DNA from: an uncultured Gemmatimonadaceae bacterium
Lineage (GTDB): Bacteria > Gemmatimonadota > Gemmatimonadetes > Gemmatimonadales > Gemmatimonadaceae
Direction of reading: 5' to 3'
DNA: 64,000 bases
Assembly (NCBI GenBank): GCA_963761305.1
Contig: CAVXGK010000002.1
Location: 2,432,001-2,496,000 of the forward strand
The notes below the pieces were generated by a model. The model made no database searches and was not told the origin of the DNA. It saw only the letters and a program-made list of their open reading frames with translations. Of the stretch, positions 60,611 through 64,000 are shown one piece after another. How positions within the stretch are numbered: position 1 is the first letter of the stretch; each line of letters opens with the position of its first letter. The position numbers and the translations under genes were made by a program.

Positions 60611-62959
60611 TCAGAAGGTCGTTCCGATCGAGAGGATTTTGGTCAGCCGGTTGAAGAATCCCTTGGCAGTCGGAGGTGCGAACGTCGCGGGGCACTTCGC
60701 CTGCGTCACCGAGCCGTCGGTGCCTATCGTCACAGGGACGGTCGGTGCCCCCGGCGGCGTCACACAGATGAGAGGCGCCGCTCCCGAGGCCGTGACCGGG
60801 GACGCGAAGTACACCGGCCCCGGTTGGTTCGGGTGAGCGTTGTACCCCAGACTGATCTGAATTGGCCCGATCGGCGACGTGATCCGGAACCCCAGCCCCG
60901 GAGTGACCAGGATGGGCTGCAGATGGACGTTGCTGACGTTCGAAATCTGGCTCCACACCTGGCCCCCGTCGACGAATGGCACGTATTGCAAGACGTTGGG
61001 GAAGAATGGGTCGCGGATCCGCATCTCCAGGTTGAACACGAAGACCGCGTTGCCGCCGACCGGCTGGGTTCTGAACACGCCGGAGTTCGGATTCCTGAGA
61101 ACGTACGCCTCCGTAACGGACTTTGGTGTTGTTTCGACATTCACGATGTTGAACTTGGTCGTGTCAACGAGGTACACGACCGGACCGAGCAGATTCTGCC
61201 CGAACCCCCGCACGCTGTTCGGGCCGCCCGCGAACAGCCGCTCCTGATACGGCGGCAGCTTGGCGCCCGTCGAATCACTCGGCGCCGTGATCGCGCCGCC
61301 GCTCACGCGCGCGGCGAACACGACCCGTTTGTTGAGAGACTTGTAGCCGGAAATCTCGAGCGTGCCCTTCCCGAACTGCTGCGACGGGTCGGATCCGATC
61401 GCCGGCGCGGCGCCGCGCAGCTCGCCGGCGATGCTGTAGCCGCGCGTCGGCTCGACGCGATCGTCCACGCGAATGCGCTGTAACGACACGCTGGCCACCG
61501 CGAGCCGCAGATTCCGCTGGAACTCGGACTGCTCGTCCAACGTGCAGCGAAAGAACAGGGCGCAGAGCACCGCCGGCTGCGCTTCCGTCTTTCCGTATTC
61601 GAGCGTGTACCCGACCCGCAACGGCATCCCTTCGCCGACGTAGCGAGTCGCCGACACGTCACCGCCGACGTAGGTGGTGCGCAGGTAGGCCCGGTACTCG
61701 CCGCGCCGCTCGGTGTACGCCGTATACGCCGGAATCCAGTGCGTGCCGAACAACGTCGGCTGCCGCATCGAGGCGCCGAGGTAGTAGTTCAGCTTCGAGC
61801 TGGCGATGCTGTCCTGGTCGAGCGAGGGCCGATAGCAGAGGTTGCGCGTCGCCGGCGTCGCGAGCGGGCTGCCATACCCGATCTTCGACAGGCGCGCCGT
61901 GAGATCGAACCGCCGGGCGTCGTTGAGGAAGTTCTTATCCGTGTACTGCCCGCTCACCCGAAAGCAATCCAGCGTCGCCCACGCCTCGTCTTGGTCGTAT
62001 TGGCGCATGAAGTCTTCGCGCAGATCCACGCGGACGTCCGTCAGCGTGTCAGCGAGACTGTCCTTTGCCGAGCGCGCCCCGGTCGTCGCCCCAGTATCCG
62101 CGCGCGCCGACGAGTCGATGCCGACGTCGACGTGCTTGAATGCGCCGAGGTTGTACAGGTTGCGCTGGCCGTTGGTCAGCGCGTCGTCGCTGTACCGGTC
62201 GCCCGACGAAAACCCAAGCAGCCGCCGCACCACGGCGGTATCGATCTGCGGGGGGCCGCCGGCCTGCGACGCGCTGTTGACGCGAATCGCGCCGATGCGC
62301 GTGCGTAGTCCCGTTTCGACCTCGAGGCGCACCGCCACGAGATGGGCGTCGAGGTGCGTCGAGAATTGCGGAAAGATTGTCGCGCTCGGGTAGCCGTCGT
62401 CGTGCAGCCGCTGGGTGATCACCGCGATGTCCGACGCCATCTGCAGCTTGCCGGCGCGTTCGCCCAGCTTCAGCTGGAGATCCTTCGTGACCTTCGCCGA
62501 ATCGGCAACTGTTTCAAGACCGGTGATCTCGAGCGAGTCGAGCAGCAACGGCTTCCCTTCGTTGATCCGGAACGTGACGTCGACGACGGCCTTGCCGACC
62601 GTCTGGACGAGCGTGTCGACGTGGGTGTCGTAGAAGCCGTTGTTCTTATAAAAGTTCTTGAGGCCGAGGGTGTCGGGGCCGACGCCGTCCGGCGGATAGC
62701 ATCGCTCGGTGCCTAGAAACCGGAAGTGTCGTCGGGCAAATGACGACGGCGTGGTCACGACGACTGCCGACAGCTGGTCGCTGCCGAATGCCGTGTTGCC
62801 GACGAAATGGAGATCGCGCACCATGCGATCGCCCTCCACGCACTCCTGCGCGCCGGCGCGCGCCGGAAGCAACATCGCGAGGGACACGAGAGCGGCGGCG
62901 ACACAAACGCGGGTCGCCCATACGACGCTGGAGGCGCTCTGTGCGGAGTTGCCGGTCAC
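60611..62959 (-). CDS. BamA/TamA family outer-membrane protein (POTRA + Omp85 barrel)
   Basis: POTRA motifs (FVGN, YKNNGFY, INEG, LHDDGY), FAGGPNSVRGF, FVDGG, PIGPIQI, terminal Phe; start uncertain (62959 or about 63008). Confidence 0.9.
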   Translation of the reverse strand: MTGNSAQSASSVVWATRVCVAAALVSLAMLLPARAGAQECVEGDRMVRDLHFVGNTAFGSDQLSAVVVTTPSSFARRHFRFLGTERCYPPDGVGPDTLGLKNFYKNNGFYDTHVDTLVQTVGKAVVDVTFRINEGKPLLLDSLEITGLETVADSAKVTKDLQLKLGERAGKLQMASDIAVITQRLHDDGYPSATIFPQFSTHLDAHLVAVRLEVETGLRTRIGAIRVNSASQAGGPPQIDTAVVRRLLGFSSGDRYSDDALTNGQRNLYNLGAFKHVDVGIDSSARADTGATTGARSAKDSLADTLTDVRVDLREDFMRQYDQDEAWATLDCFRVSGQYTDKNFLNDARRFDLTARLSKIGYGSPLATPATRNLCYRPSLDQDSIASSKLNYYLGASMRQPTLFGTHWIPAYTAYTERRGEYRAYLRTTYVGGDVSATRYVGEGMPLRVGYTLEYGKTEAQPAVLCALFFRCTLDEQSEFQRNLRLAVASVSLQRIRVDDRVEPTRGYSIAGELRGAAPAIGSDPSQQFGKGTLEISGYKSLNKRVVFAARVSGGAITAPSDSTGAKLPPYQERLFAGGPNSVRGFGQNLLGPVVYLVDTTKFNIVNVETTPKSVTEAYVLRNPNSGVFRTQPVGGNAVFVFNLEMRIRDPFFPNVLQYVPFVDGGQVWSQISNVSNVHLQPILVTPGLGFRITSPIGPIQISLGYNAHPNQPGPVYFASPVTASGAAPLICVTPPGAPTVPVTIGTDGSVTQAKCPATFAPPTAKGFFNRLTKILSIGTTF

Positions 62960-63081
62960 TGCCCCTCGTGAAGTCCGGCCGCGGCCGGCCGGGGAAGCGA
63001 TCATCATGGACACCACCCGACGCTTCGGCGGTGCTGACACACGACGCGCCCGCGCGGACTGCCTCCGGCGGGCGCATCTGA

Positions 63082-63111
63082 TTGACGCTTGACGGCGGGA
63101 CGGGGTAAGTT
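63082..63111 (+). promoter_or_regulatory. Putative sigma70 promoter of the ABC substrate-binding gene
   Basis: TTGACG-N18-TAAGTT, 23 nt before ATG 63135. Confidence 0.5.
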
Positions 63112-63134
63112 CTCGCGCGGCTCTGCCAGTGTCA

Positions 63135-64000
63135 ATGGAAGACGCACGACCGCGCGTCGCCGCGGCTGCCCTCGCGCGCCTCTCGGCGTTCCTGCTCGCG
63201 ATATTCGCGGCATGTGGAGCGCCCGGCGCGCCGTCGCGAGACGAAATCGTCGATTCGCGCGACCAGTACGATCCACGATCACTCGACCCCGCGCTCTCGA
63301 CCGACGTCCCCACCGGCCGCGCCGTCGGCTACCTGTTCGACGGACTCACGCGCTTCACCCCCGACGCCCGCGTCGAACCGTCGCTCGCCACGCGCTGGGA
63401 AATCTCCCCCGACGGGCGACGCTACACATTCCATCTTCGAACCGACGTTTCCTTCCACGACGGCTCGCGCTTCACCGCGCGCAACGTCGTCGCCAGCTGG
63501 GAGCGCGCGCTCGCGCCGGCCACCAAGAGCGGCGCCGCGCAGTTCCTCTTCCCCATCGCCGGCGCGCGCGCGTACAACGGCGGTTCGGCCAAGTCCATCG
63601 CCGGACTCGCCGCGCCGAACGACTCGACCGTCGTCGTCACGCTCGACGAGCCGCTCGCCATCTTCACCAAGATGCTGGCGATGCCGGTCGCGGCGATGGT
63701 CCCGCTCCGCGTCCCGCCGGACTTCGGACAACACCCGATCGGCACCGGTCCGTGGACGCTCGTCACCTGGAAGCACGACGACTTCCTGCTCTTCGCCAGG
63801 AATCCGGGCTACTTCGGCGGCGCGCCTAAGACCGACACGCTGCGCGCGCGCATCATCGCCGAACCGAGTACGGCCGTCGCCGAATACGAGAGCGGAAACG
63901 TCGACGTGCTGCAGATCCCTGCCTCCGAAGCGACCGAATGGGTCGAGGACGAGAGCCGGAAGCCCATGCTGATGTCGACGCCGGCGCTCGAGCTGGTGTA
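63135..64000 (+). CDS. ABC transporter substrate-binding lipoprotein, family 5 (DppA/OppA-like), 3'-truncated
   Basis: Missing from the ORF track because it has no stop in the window; own translation gives lipobox FAAC, PRSLDP, LFDGL, SLATRWEISPDGRRYTFHLR, FHDGS, GTGPW. Confidence 0.9.
   Translation, partial: MEDARPRVAAAALARLSAFLLAIFAACGAPGAPSRDEIVDSRDQYDPRSLDPALSTDVPTGRAVGYLFDGLTRFTPDARVEPSLATRWEISPDGRRYTFHLRTDVSFHDGSRFTARNVVASWERALAPATKSGAAQFLFPIAGARAYNGGSAKSIAGLAAPNDSTVVVTLDEPLAIFTKMLAMPVAAMVPLRVPPDFGQHPIGTGPWTLVTWKHDDFLLFARNPGYFGGAPKTDTLRARIIAEPSTAVAEYESGNVDVLQIPASEATEWVEDESRKPMLMSTPALELV

Overview
GC-rich bacterial chromosomal segment of mostly core, envelope and housekeeping genes: tdh-kbl, tyrS, an msbA/lipid A acyltransferase operon, yebC-ruvC-ruvA, ruvB-queA-tgt-yajC-def-fmt-rsmB-rpe-tlpA-cdaR-tsaD-lgt, acpS and tamA/tamB-like genes. 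The gene families and their order suggest Gemmatimonadota, but this is inference and no search was run. I found no rRNA, tRNA, CRISPR array, transposase, integrase or prophage. The notable features are: (1) a sigma54 two-component operon with two small paralogous membrane/coiled-coil proteins between kinase and activator, followed by an Omp85 barrel fused to a bactofilin-like beta-helix; (2) two tandem secreted TonB-plug-like proteins with no barrel; (3) intergenic short-unit tandem repeats (6, 7, 9 and 16 bp units) arranged as inverted arms, including a ~240 bp hairpin inside the ruvA-ruvB region; (4) two candidate structured leader RNAs, before tdh and before an HNH nuclease; (5) a PorX-like REC-PglZ protein coupled to msbA; (6) a truncated DnaB paralog before the Holliday-junction genes; (7) TMTC-like GT-C glycosyltransferases; (8) repeated signs of leaderless transcription. 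Three genes are frameshifted as given (two glycosyltransferases and ruvC at a G8 run), probably through assembly indels.
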